DNA from: the human T2T-CHM13v2.0 reference genome, Homo sapiens
Direction: 5' to 3' (one strand)
DNA length: 64,000 nt
NCBI RefSeq assembly: GCF_009914755.1
Contig: NC_060928.1
The position numbers and the translations under genes are program-made. The notes beneath the pieces are model-generated. The model was given only the letters and a program-made list of their open reading frames with translations, searched no databases and was not told the DNA's origin. Positions 31,341 through 43,620 of the stretch are shown here, piece after piece. Numbering within the stretch: the first letter of the stretch is position 1; each line of letters begins with the position of its first letter.

Positions 31341-32174
31341 GCAGTCCCTTCGTCATTCTAGATACCTCATTTAATTAATGTAGCTTCATTTGACACTAAC
31401 AACTTTTTTTTCTCTTTCTTTAAATTACGGGTAATAATCGTACAAACCTGACAAAGCTGATATGATAGCATTGTTATGAAGACTAAATGATTCAATGATT
31501 TTAAGTTCTTTTAAAAATCATGACATAGCAAGTAGAATAAACATGTTTGCTTAAAAAACTAAAACCAGTTTAGTACCCGATCCAGTATTATAAGTGATAA
31601 TGCTTTATATTTAATTTAGAAGATCTATATTATTTGGAAATAAAAGTTCTGCTGTTTTGCTTTTTACTGCTTGGTTTGGTTCTGAGGATAGTGTTAAATT
31701 TAGAAACATGGCACAAATTATTAGTTATAGCCCAGATTATTTAAATAAACAACACAAATAATTTATAGAATATTTCCATTGTTTTTTCCTTATCTATAAG
31801 GTCATCTAAGAACTATGGCAATGTCTATAGAGTGAGTGCAAAACTAGTTCATTTATTTATTTATTACGATGGGTTATTTTATTGTGTGTGAAATATCTTT
31901 TCATTTCTCACACACTAATCTTTGCCCTTTTACTAAAGTCAGGCACAGTGAATATATCTAAATTGGTACCTTAAGTATTTGTGGCTAAGTTAAAGAATTT
32001 TCATTTATCTGTTCTCAGAACACGTCACTAACAATGACATCAGCAAAGCAGAGGTGTCTTTGAGAAAGACAGTCTGCAGGTTCCCATGGTGGAGCCAGGT
32101 AAGGCTGTAATACTCACCAGCTGGTGACCTTGCCCATCTTCAATTTCTTCAGTTTTATAAGAAAACTGTTGATA

Positions 32175-32398
32175 GCCTGGAACTCCTGGGTGCAAACAAT
32201 CCTCCTACCTCATCCTCCCGAGTAGCTGGGGCCACAGGTGGGAGCAACCACCAAGTCCAACTAATTTTTTTTTCTTTTTGTAGAGATGGGATTTCACCAT
32301 CTTTCCCAGGCTGCTCTCCATCTCCTGGGCTCAAGTGATCATATAGCCTCAACCTCCTAAAGTGCTGAGATTATAGGAATAAGCCACCATGCACGGCT
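32175..32398 (-). mobile_element. AluJ lacking its 3' end and tail
   Basis: AGCCTGGAACTCCTGGG...TGTAGAGATGGG...CTCCTGGGCTCAAGTGATC. Confidence 0.85.
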
Positions 32399-34158
32399 CA
32401 TATCTGAGTTTCCTTCCAAGTCTCAGTAGAAAACATCCAAGAGAAAAGGTTTACCAAACCCATTTAATTAGGTTATAAAATAAAAATAAATTTTGCATAT
32501 CTAAAATTATGAATATGAACCCTATAATTTTATAACTGATAATTATTACAAGTTATTAAATTCTTTAATAATTACATGTTTTATGGTAGCAAATATGTTC
32601 TAAAATTAATTCTAGAACAAGGATTATATTTGGTTATGAGAATAAAAGATAGGTTTTATTCTCATAAAAAAGATCAAAAAAAGAATCTGTTTTATTCTCA
32701 CAAAACAGATAAAAAAAAAGATCTGTTTTTGAGTTTAGCCTAAGAAATCTTAAACTGCAAGGGCTTATGAGGAAAAAAAATGAATCTGTGGTAAAACAAA
32801 AAACTGGTCACATAATTTATGTAGGTCATGATAAACCCTGAATAAAAAGCAACATAGATGATAATAATTCATAAAATATTTAACAATTGAATTGGGGATT
32901 GTTTTGCTTCGTGTTTCTTATTTATAAATTCATGCGCATGTGATTGAACAGGCACATTTTTCTGACCTAAAATCTGAAGGTGCGTTTCTTTCCTCAAGTC
33001 AAATCTGGAGCTCATTTGAACACTGTCCACAACTGCTCACCTGCAGGTGTTGTCTGAAACTTGCCCTCCTGTATTCATCACCCTCGCCCTGAAGGACAAG
33101 TCCAGTTCCTGGATCAAAAGTGTTAGAAGTAACCAGGAAATTGCCTTGGATTGATTGTTTTATCTAGTGACAGTTAAATTCCAGAAAATATAAACCCATT
33201 GGGTATAGAGAGGCATTCTGTTTCCTCTGTTAAGTCTGTATCTGTCTACTGAGCGTAGATATCTTTGTCTATATTTGCTTAAATACAGCCATCTTGAATA
33301 AGGAGAGAATTGTAAGTAAGCTACATATTTTTGGGGAAAAAAAGGAAAATTGTACCAATCATAGGAAGGACCAATTACCCTCTGAGGTTGCGTACAAATA
33401 GCCAGGTGGAAAGAGAAGGAGAGGAGAGCCAGTTTGATAATATGAGGGTTAGTCAAAGTTTCTAAGCACAGGTTGATTTTTCCCACATCAGGTCTGCATC
33501 TCCTGGAACTAAATCCTCTGGCTAACTCTACTCTGTGTTAATAAAACTATTATAATTAGGCCCTGAAGATTGAGAGCTGCCTAGAGCTGTAGTGCTCAGC
33601 ACCAGATTGCCTCTGAGTTTGCAGCTGAGAAGTGAGTCAACCATGGCTAAGGAATTTGACACAGACTGTTTTAATTATATTGCCTATATTTTTGTGGAGG
33701 GAAAGTATTATCACATGTGGAATGGTAGCTTGTGTTCTAACAAAGAATCATTGTATGGTAGAATATTCTTATATTCATTACAGATTCTTGGCCTTTTTCG
33801 TGAAAAGATTCTTCTTCAATCTTTTATTTTTGTATCTGTGTATATAAATTAACCCAGAGCATATTATATTTTAAAATGTTATTGGTGTCCTTAATATTTC
33901 TTAAAATTTAAATAGGCATTAGTTTATCTTTTTGAACTGAATATCACATTATTTCCAGTTGCTGCTACAACATTTTCCACAAATTTAGTGGTTTTAAAGC
34001 AACACAAATTTATCATCTTACAGTTAAGTCTAAAATGAGTCTCCGTGGGGTAAAATCGATTTATCCATGTTCCTTCTAACATCTATAGGAGAGAAGTCAT
34101 TTCCCTGCCATTTCCAGCTTCTAGAAGTACCTACATTCTGTTGACACTGGGTCCCCTT

Positions 34159-35086
34159 TGTTAACTTAAAAAAAGAATTAAAAGTTTAGAAAAGGAGAGA
34201 GGGAGACCATATTTCTTATAAAGTGTTACAACCTGCAAGGTGGCCATCAAGCAGGCTGGGAATTGCAGCCCCTGGGCAAGACCAAAGATAGGCACTTCAA
34301 AGGAGGAGGGGTTGGGGCAGGATCTTTAGGCCAAACAGGTTGGCTAAACAGACATATTCAACAGGTTACAGGAGGAGCTATGAATATTCATGAAGGGGTA
34401 GTCCTGGCACATGTGTACTGAGAAAACATGCATGTAAGAAAGGCCCCATGTTCACTTTGGGGTGAAAACTTCACATTTAAATGCATTACAGTTAGGCCCT
34501 GTACGTCCAAAGGTCTTTTCAGGATGCAAAGGTACACAAGTGTGCAGCCTCTGTAAACTGGTCAGAACCAGTTCTTGGTTGGTGGTTTTCTTATCAGGAG
34601 GAAGTTATTGAGATCAGTCTTTTGTCCAGTCAAAGCTGCATTTATGGCTGGCAGAACAGGGAGTCAGTCAGCTTCTGTGAACTGGATGAGTTGTAATTGT
34701 TTTAATGTTGCTTATTTCCAGGCTGGTGCTTGTTTAGCTGCTGGAGAAAAAAGGAAGCCTTGTAGCAGCTAGGACATGGTTTATTCTTTAAGTGTAGGGG
34801 TGTGGACCTAAACCTTGCCTGGCAAGGCCTTAGGTCTTGTTTATAAATTGGTATCTTATTGCCACAAAGAGTCCATTCTGTCAGTCTTATGATCTCTATT
34901 TTAACATTAATGCTGGTCAGCTGTTGTGTCTAAACCACAAAAGGGAGAGGTTATAAGGAGGCATGTCTGACCTCCTGTCCCATCACGGGAGGGAACTAAG
35001 ATTTTAAGGTTTTTTTCTGAAGTTTACTTGGCGAAGCGGGGTTCTATTCAGGGCTGCAGAACTTAGGATTTTACTTTTAATTTACA
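34159..35086 (-). mobile_element. ERV1 MER4-group solo LTR (MER49-like, 928 bp)
   Basis: TG...CA ends; 4-bp TSD CCTT; minus-strand start TGTAAATTAAAAGTAAAATCCTAAG resembles MER4-group LTR starts. Subfamily is tentative. Confidence 0.8.
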
Positions 35087-35091
35087 CCTTC

Positions 35092-35441
35092 TGTATTACT
35101 TTGTTTTCACGCTGCTGATAAACTAGAAACTGGGTAATTTATAAAGAAAAAGAGATTTAATGGACTCAGATTAAATTTAACGGACTCAGAGTTCCATGTG
35201 GCTGGGGAGGCCCCACAATCATGGCAGAAGGTGAAAAGCATGTCTTACATGGTGGCAGACAAGAAAGAATGAGAGCCAAGCAAAAGAGAAACCCCTTATA
35301 AAATCATCAGATCTCATGAGACTTATTCACTACCACAAGAACAGTATGGGGGAAAGTGCCCCCATGATTCAATTCTCTCCCACCAGGTCCTTCCCACAAT
35401 TCAAGATGAGATTTGGGTGGGGACACAGCTAAACCATATCA
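35092..35441 (-). mobile_element. THE1 solo LTR
   Basis: TGTATTA...CTGGGTAATTTATAAAGAAAA...GGGGACACAGCTAAACCATATCA; 5-bp TSD CCTTC. Confidence 0.93.
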
Positions 35442-35714
35442 CCTTCCATGTACAAAACCAGAAATGCCCAGTCAAGTCTTTCTGAGGCTGCATCAATCTG
35501 ACAGTGACTCTTCCGCCTCCCTGTTCTCCTTGTAAGGACTCTCCTGATTACATTGGGCCCACCCAGATAATACAGGATAATCTCCCATCAGCTGATTGGT
35601 AACATGAATTGCATCTGCAACCTTAATTCTCCTTTGCCATGTAATGTAACCTATTCACAAGTTCTAAGGATTAGGATATGGACATTTTTGGTTACCACAG
35701 ATGTCTTGTTTGGA

Positions 35715-36130
35715 GTTATCTGTTAAATAATGAAGGACATAAATACTAATATAGTGGTTGGTATAACAAAGGTGTTTATATTTCCCACGTAACAATTTGA
35801 GATGTGCAATCTGCCTTTCATTCCCTGTGGTTATCAACCTCCCAGGCACCATTATCCTTCTACTTCACCACTGGAAGTGTGTGATTTTCACCTCTATCCA
35901 ACATACCCACATTCTCAGCACGAGGAAAAGGCAAGCAGAAAGGACAAAGAATCATTCCTTTTAACATTTTCTTTTCCTGGCAACCCTACTTAGTGACTTC
36001 TCGCACTTTATGGCTACAGCCAGCTCCGAGAGATTTGTACTTTTGCGTGGGCACACTGTCACCCAGAGCAGAAGTCAGCACTCCGTGGGAAAGACAGAAA
36101 GGATGTTGTGTGCGCAAACAAGAGCATCTA
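35715..36130 (-). mobile_element. Old MaLR LTR (MLT1J/K-like), degraded
   Basis: Weak similarity (GTTTATATTTCCCACGTAACAA; ATGGCTACAGCCAGCT; GGGCACACTGTCACCCAGA). Confidence 0.45.
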
Positions 36131-36350
36131 CTTCTTCATTTATAGACACGTGACAGAAAACCTCCTTGAGGGCTTTGGGAAAACAAGATATCTGTAATAT
36201 AATATGTCTATCAAATAGCATCAACTACATATACAAAGAAATACCAAAAAAGCCTGTTTTTTTATACTTTATATACTAACTGTATTAAATGTAAATTCTT
36301 TTTATAAGCAGTAAATGATTCTCTAAACATGTGGTCCATATCTTCTGCTC

Positions 36351-36518
36351 CAGTGATTTCCAAAATAATAGTGTATGTGAAAATCACTTGGGAACATAAT
36401 TGAAATTTTCAATTCCCAAATCTCCACCAAAGATTCTGTTTCAAAAGGTCTCAGAGGGCTCTGCATTTTAACAAGCACCCTGGGTATTTCTGATGCAGGT
36501 GGTCTGCAAACTCTTTGA
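36351..36518. mobile_element. MER5A-like hAT-Charlie MITE
   Basis: CAGTGATTTCC...AATCACTTGGGA...TCTGCATTTTAACAAGCACCCTGGGTATTTCTGATGCAGGTGGTC. Confidence 0.75.
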
Positions 36519-36564
36519 TTGTGTTAAAAAAAAAAAAAAAAATCCCAAGTGAGCACACCTGCAC

Positions 36565-37170
36565 TCCATTTAACATGCATGCATTGGGTACCTGCTATAG
36601 CATTGTACTAGATACCGTAAGAGGTATAAATAAAGTAACAGAAGACCTGATCCCTGTTCTTAAGGAAGTTTAAAAAAAATGAAGTTTCCAGCTTCAGCTT
36701 CCATTGAAACAGCGCCTGGACCCACTTCAGCTATTGCAGTGTGAGAAGAACTGTGGGAAAAGCGAAGAGGAGAGTGTGCTCATTTTCCTTCCTAGCATCT
36801 ATCATGATTAGTTCTTACATATTTTTGTGCTTATTTAATTTAAGTCTTTGCCACTAGAATATTAGCACCACAAGAGCAGATAACAGTTTCTCACTATTGT
36901 GTTTCTTGTAAGTAGCAAAATGCTTTACTCTCTGTAAAAATACGTGATAAATATCTGTCAAATGAACATAGTGTTGTGCGTGTTCAGAATAAAGTTAAAA
37001 TACATTAATTAGGAAGAATAACACCACCTACATAGAGGAGGAGAGAGTTCAACTGGCTCTGGAAGGTCTCAGGAAGCAGAAATGGAGGAAAGAGATTTCC
37101 AGATTGAGGGAGGACTATGATCAAAGGTGTGGATAACATGAAAGTATGTGACCAATTAGGAAACCTGTAA
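36565..37170. mobile_element. Cluster of L2 fragments in both orientations
   Basis: Antisense CATTTAACATGCATGCATTGGGTACCTGCTAT; sense CACTAGAATATTAGCACCACAAGAGCAGA...ATAAATATCTGTCAAATGAA. Confidence 0.55.
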
Positions 37171-37402
37171 TAACGTTGTCTTCAGCAGTGTTGGAAGAGT
37201 TTCCTTACTGTTTCTGACACGTGACATGGTTTAGAGGTAATATTCCGTTCTGATCGTTATTTGCTTGAATATAATAGATGTCTGTATTTTTATAGACCTT
37301 ATATAATTTCAAAGATGTTTAATCTATTAGTTCATTTTTTCTATAAAATAATCTGGCAAACTCAGTAGACTAGATATTATAATGGTTGCTCTACATTTTA
37401 AA

Positions 37403-37468
37403 ACACACACCACACACACACACACACACACATGCACGCACACACACACACACACACGCATGCGCACA
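37403..37468. repeat. (CA)n microsatellite, interrupted
   Basis: Seen directly. Confidence 0.93.
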
Positions 37469-37879
37469 GAAACCCAGACACCAAAAATGGAAGAGTCACT
37501 CTGTGGTGGAATTTCTGATTGCTAATCAATGCTCAGACACCTTCCTTTTACATTTTTGAAGTATGTTCTTCATACAGTATTAATAATTTCTTAAGGGTCT
37601 ATTTGTGTGTTAAATAGTGTGGGTGGTAAATTACCTGAGATCTTTGATTTTTATGTTACCATAAGTCAAAAGTAAGCTTAATATAAACATTTTTCATATT
37701 CTCACTGAAAATTAGGAAGTTGAGTTGGGAAACGAAAATAAAACATCAGTCTTTTTTATAACTACATATATATTGTTATACGACATATTGTATGTGTGTG
37801 TGTGTGTGTATATATATGTATCTTTCAATTCTCTTCTTTTCTTCTTTTCTCTCATATCTCTTCTTTGACATGAAAGGCA

Positions 37880-38240
37880 CACTGAAAAATTAGCCAATTT
37901 AAAGGATGGTGGAAATGATAAAGAAAGGGGCATATGATCTAATAAAGAAAATTAAAGACATTTAATATGTAGGGCTAAGAGATATGATGACAAATGAGGG
38001 GATATTATAACTATATATAAATACTTGCAATAGTATGTTATAAAAGAGAAGGAAGATCTATTTTAGCTAGCTAAGGTCTTAGAACAAGGAATAATGATCT
38101 GAAGTTTTAAAAAGATAAAAATTTAAGTATAATGAAAAATGTTTCTGTCAGTGAGAACAATTAGAAAGAATATTCTTCCCTGTAGACATGAGCACTAGAG
38201 ATGATCAAAAACAGACAAGATAAAATCTTTGGGGACTTAA
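37880..38240 (+). mobile_element. CR1/L3 LINE 3' fragment
   Basis: AATGAGGGGATATTATAACTATATATAAATACTTG...AGAACAAGGAATAATGATCTGAAGTT resembles the CR1 ORF2 end. Confidence 0.65.
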
Positions 38241-39307
38241 TAGATAGAAAAGCCACTTTATAATGTCCTCTTTCCTGGTCTGGTTAAGACTTTCTTCTAT
38301 CATATATCGTTAATCACTTGAAAAAGAAATTAATGATCCATGAAATGGGAATGCTTATTTCAATAGGTAGGTTGTTCCGCAGAGTTTCAAAAGATCTGTG
38401 GTTGAGGCCAAAACTCCCATTACCTTCCTGGGTCGTATATTTCTAAGTTAACTTCTCTATCCTACCAAAGTATCCTTTCTGTTCTCTTTTTTAAAATGAG
38501 AATGATTAATAAAGGACTATTTTATAAAAGCAAGCAAGTGTAAAGGTTTCTTTTATTTCACTTTATAGTATTTTTTCATATCTGTCTGCCTGTCTATGAA
38601 TCATCTATCAACCTATCTTACTAAATATTTCAATTATTTCTCCAGGTTGACTAAGGTACATACTGTGTACTAAAGTACATACATAACATGATGTATCATG
38701 GAATATAGGTGCAAGTTAACAATTTTTTTTTCATATTGCTTAGTTTAAGATCTCCATAGAATATTATCATGGTCAATATGTTGAGCAGTCCTCATCAAAT
38801 TAAATGATTAGCAAATTCTCTGAGTTGATTCTGTATACACATAAACACACAGACGCACACATACACTCACTTGAGCATACACGTGCATGTGTGTCATCTT
38901 TCTATTTTGTATAATTTCTTTTACTTTCATCATCTTTTTATATTGTATATCATATATGATAATCCTAGAGCAAAACGAGAAAAGTCACAAGAAGAGTGTT
39001 AGCAATGGAAACAGTGCAAACAGGAGAATCTGAGATTTATTTCAAAGGCAGAAGTCATGGAATAATGAGATTGGTCATTTATATGAGATTTGCAACAAAA
39101 AGAGTCAAAGAGAGCTCCAAGTTTCCTAGGATTCTTAACTGTTTAGAATCACTAGGACTGTATGGGAATGAGAAAGTGAGTGGGGAGATGAATTTATCTG
39201 TTTTGAAATTTGGATATTTTCTTGTATATAAGTTTAGGTACTTGGATGTAACCATTCAAAATAATACTTAAACATTTCTTTGTTTTTTGTTTCCGTGTAA
39301 GCAGAGC

Positions 39308-39482
39308 TTAGCCATGCATGGTGGCATGTGCCTATGCCTGTGGTCCCAGCTACTCAGGAGGCTGAGGCAGGAGAATCACTTGAACCAAGAGGTGGAGGTT
39401 GCAGTGAGCCAAGATTGCACCACTGCACTCCAGCCTGGGTGACAGAGCAATACTCCATCTCAAAAAAAAAAAAAAAAAAAAA
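39308..39482 (+). mobile_element. Alu right arm (5'-truncated AluS)
   Basis: TTAGCC...GGTCCCAGCTACTCAGGAGGCTGAGG...CTCCATCTC plus poly-A. Confidence 0.9.
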
Positions 39483-39578
39483 GAATATGCTATAATAAAT
39501 CTCAACATCTTTCTAGGCTCGTTACTGATGATCCCAAAGGAGGTAACCATTCCATATTCTTTTGGTTTGTATCAAAGG

Positions 39579-39580
<2 letters not shown>

Positions 39581-39613
<33 letters not shown>
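39581..39613. repeat. (CA)n microsatellite
   Basis: Seen directly. Confidence 0.95.
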
Positions 39614-39616
<3 letters not shown>

Positions 39617-41437
39617 AAGGTGCACACACATACATACATATTATATATAGTGGTTATATATGAGATATATATTTATATACTCTCTCTCATAGGAAGATGA
39701 TAGAAGTGCTTCCATACTAAAGAAGAGCTTACACTTAAAATTGCCTGTGCTGCTCCTAAAATTCCACTGTTCTCAGAAAACTGCTAGTTACAATCAGTAT
39801 TTTAATAACCCTAAATCTTTCCTTCAATTTCAGAATTTTAGGGCCCTAAAATACTTTACAAATCCATGGTTCAAACAGCTCTTACAGAATCTAGTAGTCG
39901 AGGAAATAGATGGTTTCAATCTGTTTTAGTACTCAGAGGATTCAATTCCGAATATCTGTGTATTTGCGACTTCTCCAGTGTATTACTCCTGCTCCCTTTA
40001 GGCATCGCATCTTTAGTCTTTAATTAGGCACTTACATCTCCAGCTTAGCCTGCCTTCTGTTCATCCGAAACTCCCAGAGAGGAATAATTGTGTTGGCTTC
40101 TTAGCAAGTTTTAACCATCTTCTCTCTCTTCTTCTCTTTTCCTCTGTCTTCATTTTTCTCTAATTAAAAGCAAAATGACAAAGAGAAAATGAAAGGCAAT
40201 GGAAATTCATCTTTTCCATAAAGTAAGCTTGGTCAAACTCTGCACCTGTCTCTGCCTTCCATAAGGTTTACAATTGACCCTCATTATTATTGTGTTTGGA
40301 AGTTGCCATGCTATTATTTTTATTTTGTAAAATTTTGTTCAATCCTATTTTGTTCATTTTTGTTTTCTTAATTTTTTAACGCAATAATTTTTGTATAATC
40401 CTAACTGTCCAGGTACATTCATTTTTTTCTTTAAATATTTTAAGTAACTTTTTAATTTTTAACAATTAAAAATAAATCTAGAACCAGCATTATGCAACAT
40501 ACTAATAAACAAAGAAATAAATGTTTAATTTCAATATATAAATAGAAATAATCACAAATATACTCAGGGCTATCATGTTTGAGAAATAAATTGATACGTG
40601 GTATATGAAAACTATCACAAGTTTTACTTATTTGAATAGTTAATCTGCCATTATATTCTTCAAAGCACAGATAAAATAACTTCTATTTTATAAGCTGACC
40701 ACAGTGAATATGCTATAAATTATTCAATATTTTGTATAATATTAAACACTGTGCTAAATAAGAAGGTATGTATACATGCACACACACAGTTCTGTACATA
40801 TTAGTGCACTATTATTAGCCGTTTCGGTTCCAAAGGATTAAGTATCTACCTGGCTTCCCGTATTTTAGAACAAAAAAAAATACTGTCATTCAAAGGGTTA
40901 TCTTAATAAACCCTGGAAAATACGATAGAAGCTAAATTCATGAGCATTTTGTGATTACTACATTTATGAGAAGAATGTGTTAAGAAGTTAAAGAATCACC
41001 TACTGATAAAAGAGAAACAAATGTCAGTCACCGAATATATTTAATAAGAAAGCACAATAGGCATATGCAACCTTTGTTTGTTTTCCTTGAAAGGAAAATA
41101 TCCCACAATTCTTGCAGGTAGCACTGTTCATAGGGGTTTCAAATATTTCCTTTGATTAGATATTGTAGTATTTTCTCAGCTTTCTCTTTGAGAAATTCTG
41201 AAAATAACTTTTAAGCTGAAATATAATTTATGAGAGTCCATTATCTCTTTTCTCTTTTCATTAAGCTTTTGATTTGAAAAAGACCTATTAATAAGATAAT
41301 ATCCTTTATAAAAGAGACCTTTTCTGGGGTGAAATGATTGAAGAAATTTGGCATAACTCAGGTCTATATCTTTCTGATATTGCTTTAGCTGTCGTAGGAC
41401 TCTATACCCCAAAGCCCTGTGGCATTTTAGCCAAGAA

Positions 41438-41482
41438 GTTTGTTTTGTTTTGTTTTGTTTTGTTTTGTTTTGTTTTGTTTTG
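41438..41482. repeat. (TTTTG)n microsatellite
   Basis: Seen directly. Confidence 0.95.
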
Positions 41483-42209
41483 TGTATGATTGTATTTTTC
41501 TTTCCAGGACATAGATTAATGACTAAAGGTATTCTAAAATCATCCTTTCACATTTATTTCTTTTAAAAGTGTATTTAAATATATTATTTGTAGCTTTTAT
41601 GGAGGTAATTGACTATATAAATAAAAATTAATCCCATGTTAATGTATAATATGTATCTTTTTCAATATATGTAAAAAATTATTTTACCTTTGGATACATG
41701 ATAATATTTTTTAATAACCTTTCTGAAATTTTAAGTTTCATTGTCAAGATTGTTTCCTCAAGCCAGAAGGAAATTTGTATTGCTGTAATAGGCACAGTAA
41801 ATTGTTTGTTACACATTTTCAGAATTTCATTCATGATTAAATCATATTGAATGCTATTTAATAAAATATTTAACAAACAAAACAAAATGAGCCATAGACA
41901 TACTCTTTCATTTACAGAGAGAAAAAGTAAAATAAAAATTAAAGCAAATAATGTCTGCCTAATCTCTTAAATATTTAAATGTATAAAAAACCATAAAAAG
42001 GCATTTGACATTTTTTAACTCTACTCTCTGTTCTAATCGTAAGTGCAATAAAATGTCAGAAATAATTTTATATGTGTGATATGAAAAATGAGAAACATTG
42101 GTCACATTTTTAAAAAATCCCTGAGAAGTCATAAATGGAAAATTAAGATAATTATAAAATAGTTTTTGATAATGAAAATAATTGTTTCAACTGTATGATA
42201 CTACGTAGG

Positions 42210-42410
42210 GATGTGATAAAAATGAGGACTTTGAAGTTAGGCCTGGGTTCAAATCTTTCTCTGACACTTTAAACAAGATGAATATGGGCATGTATATACA
42301 TATCAAAACTTCAGTTTCCCCATTTGTAAAATGAGCAATATCATACCTCTTTTATGTAACTTGCACAAATTCTAGTCAACAGACTAGATGTTCAAACACT
42401 ATTTCTCTAT
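42210..42410 (+). mobile_element. MIR
   Basis: GGACTTTGAAGTTAGGCCTGGGTTCAAATC...CTTCAGTTTCCCCATTTGTAAAATG. Confidence 0.8.
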
Positions 42411-42683
42411 TCTTCTGTAACAATTAATTTCTAATATTTTCTCCTAGTACTCTAGATTTTAGAAACTTCAAATCAGGAATTCTTACCACATTTAATCTGC
42501 CAGGATTACCTATCTGTTCTGTAAAGCATCGGATCAGCCAGTTGTGGGAGGAGAGCAGAGCTGGTCACGGGTGTGACTCTTCTGCAGGGTACAGACAGTG
42601 TCCTTGAGAATCCCCAGGAGCTAAAGTAAACCATCATCTCAGAAAGACAGTACACTTCCACCAGCAGGTGTTAAGTAGGAGCT

Positions 42684-42687
<4 letters not shown>

Positions 42688-42718
<31 letters not shown>
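42688..42718. repeat. Poly-T tract (~31 nt)
   Basis: Seen directly; no adjacent retroelement body. Confidence 0.95.
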
Positions 42719-42719
<1 letters not shown>

Positions 42720-42819
42720 TCATAGCAAGATTCCATTCGTCCCCTCCATAAATATTCAAAGCCCTACTACCTGTGTCTGCCTTTGGACTCTAGGATTAAA
42801 GTTATTTACCATTTATCCC

Positions 42820-43620
42820 TTTGTTTTAAGTGAGTTCTCAAACAGACTCTGAGATGGTGAGTTGAGTTGCAGAAGGGGCATTGTCATGAAGGGATGCTTT
42901 CAGGGGATACAGCTATAAGGATGTGCGAAAGGCAGGTGGGCAGAGGGAGGAGCTGATCTGCAATGTGACTGCAACTGATTCTCCAGAGAACTCTGGAGCT
43001 TGGATGGACTTTCAGAATTGGCCCAAATTGAGATTATGGAGCTGAGTTTTACATCCCTGCCTTAGCCAGTCATTGGCCATGGGCTGCATTGGGAAAGGCC
43101 AATTTCTGCAAGTGGGGGATATGTCTAATGAGGGACACAACTGTGAATCATTAAAGGGTGACACTTCTAGCAGCTGGGGAACAGGTGCCCTGGCTCTTAT
43201 GAAGAAATTTAGGCAGAGCTCTCCAGTATATACTATGGTATGCTTCTTGATTTGATGGGCTCAGATCCAATTAATTCTTCCTTTGTCCACCTGGGAAGAG
43301 TTTCTCCATGATTGCGGTTGGTCTTGTTCCCTGGAAAATTTACAAGCAAAATGTTGAGATATTCCTGTTTTCACTGGTTCTTTGATGAAAGGTTCATGAA
43401 GGTCACTATACCAGCCTCTCCCCACTGCACATTTCTTAGATACCTTGGCTGTTCTGGAATCATACTGCTATTCCTGATGCCCTTTGAGGGCAGTGAATCT
43501 CTAGGAGGTGGTTCACTACTGTCTTCCTGATGAATGTGGGTGGTCTTCTGTGCCTGCATCATGCCCAGTGCAGGGATTTCTGCAAGCCTGACAGATGTGT
43601 GGCTTCCATGGAGGTGGGAT
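42820..43620 (-). mobile_element. ERVL LTR16-like LTR with probable adjoining internal sequence
   Basis: AAACAGACTCTGAGATGG...GGGCAGAGGGAGGAGCTGATCTGCAATG...CAGTCATTGG...CAGCTGGGGAA resembles LTR16. The internal call (43240-43620) is weaker. Confidence 0.65.

Larger units (their letters stand above)
33945..35700 (-). mobile_element. MLT1-type MaLR LTR split by two LTR insertions
   Basis: AAATTTAGTGG...AACACAAATTTATCATCTTACAGTT (33945-34158); TAAGGACTCTCCTGATTACATTGGGCCCACCCAGATAATACAGGATAATCTCCC (35447-35700). Confidence 0.8.

Noticed and set aside
42656-42675. CCACCAGCAGGTGTT CTCF-like motif (also ~53820)
   Set aside because: Lacks the GGC core at the required position.
42688-42718. Isolated poly-T as a processed pseudogene tail
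   Set aside because: No TSD, polyadenylation signal or recognisable mRNA body next to it.
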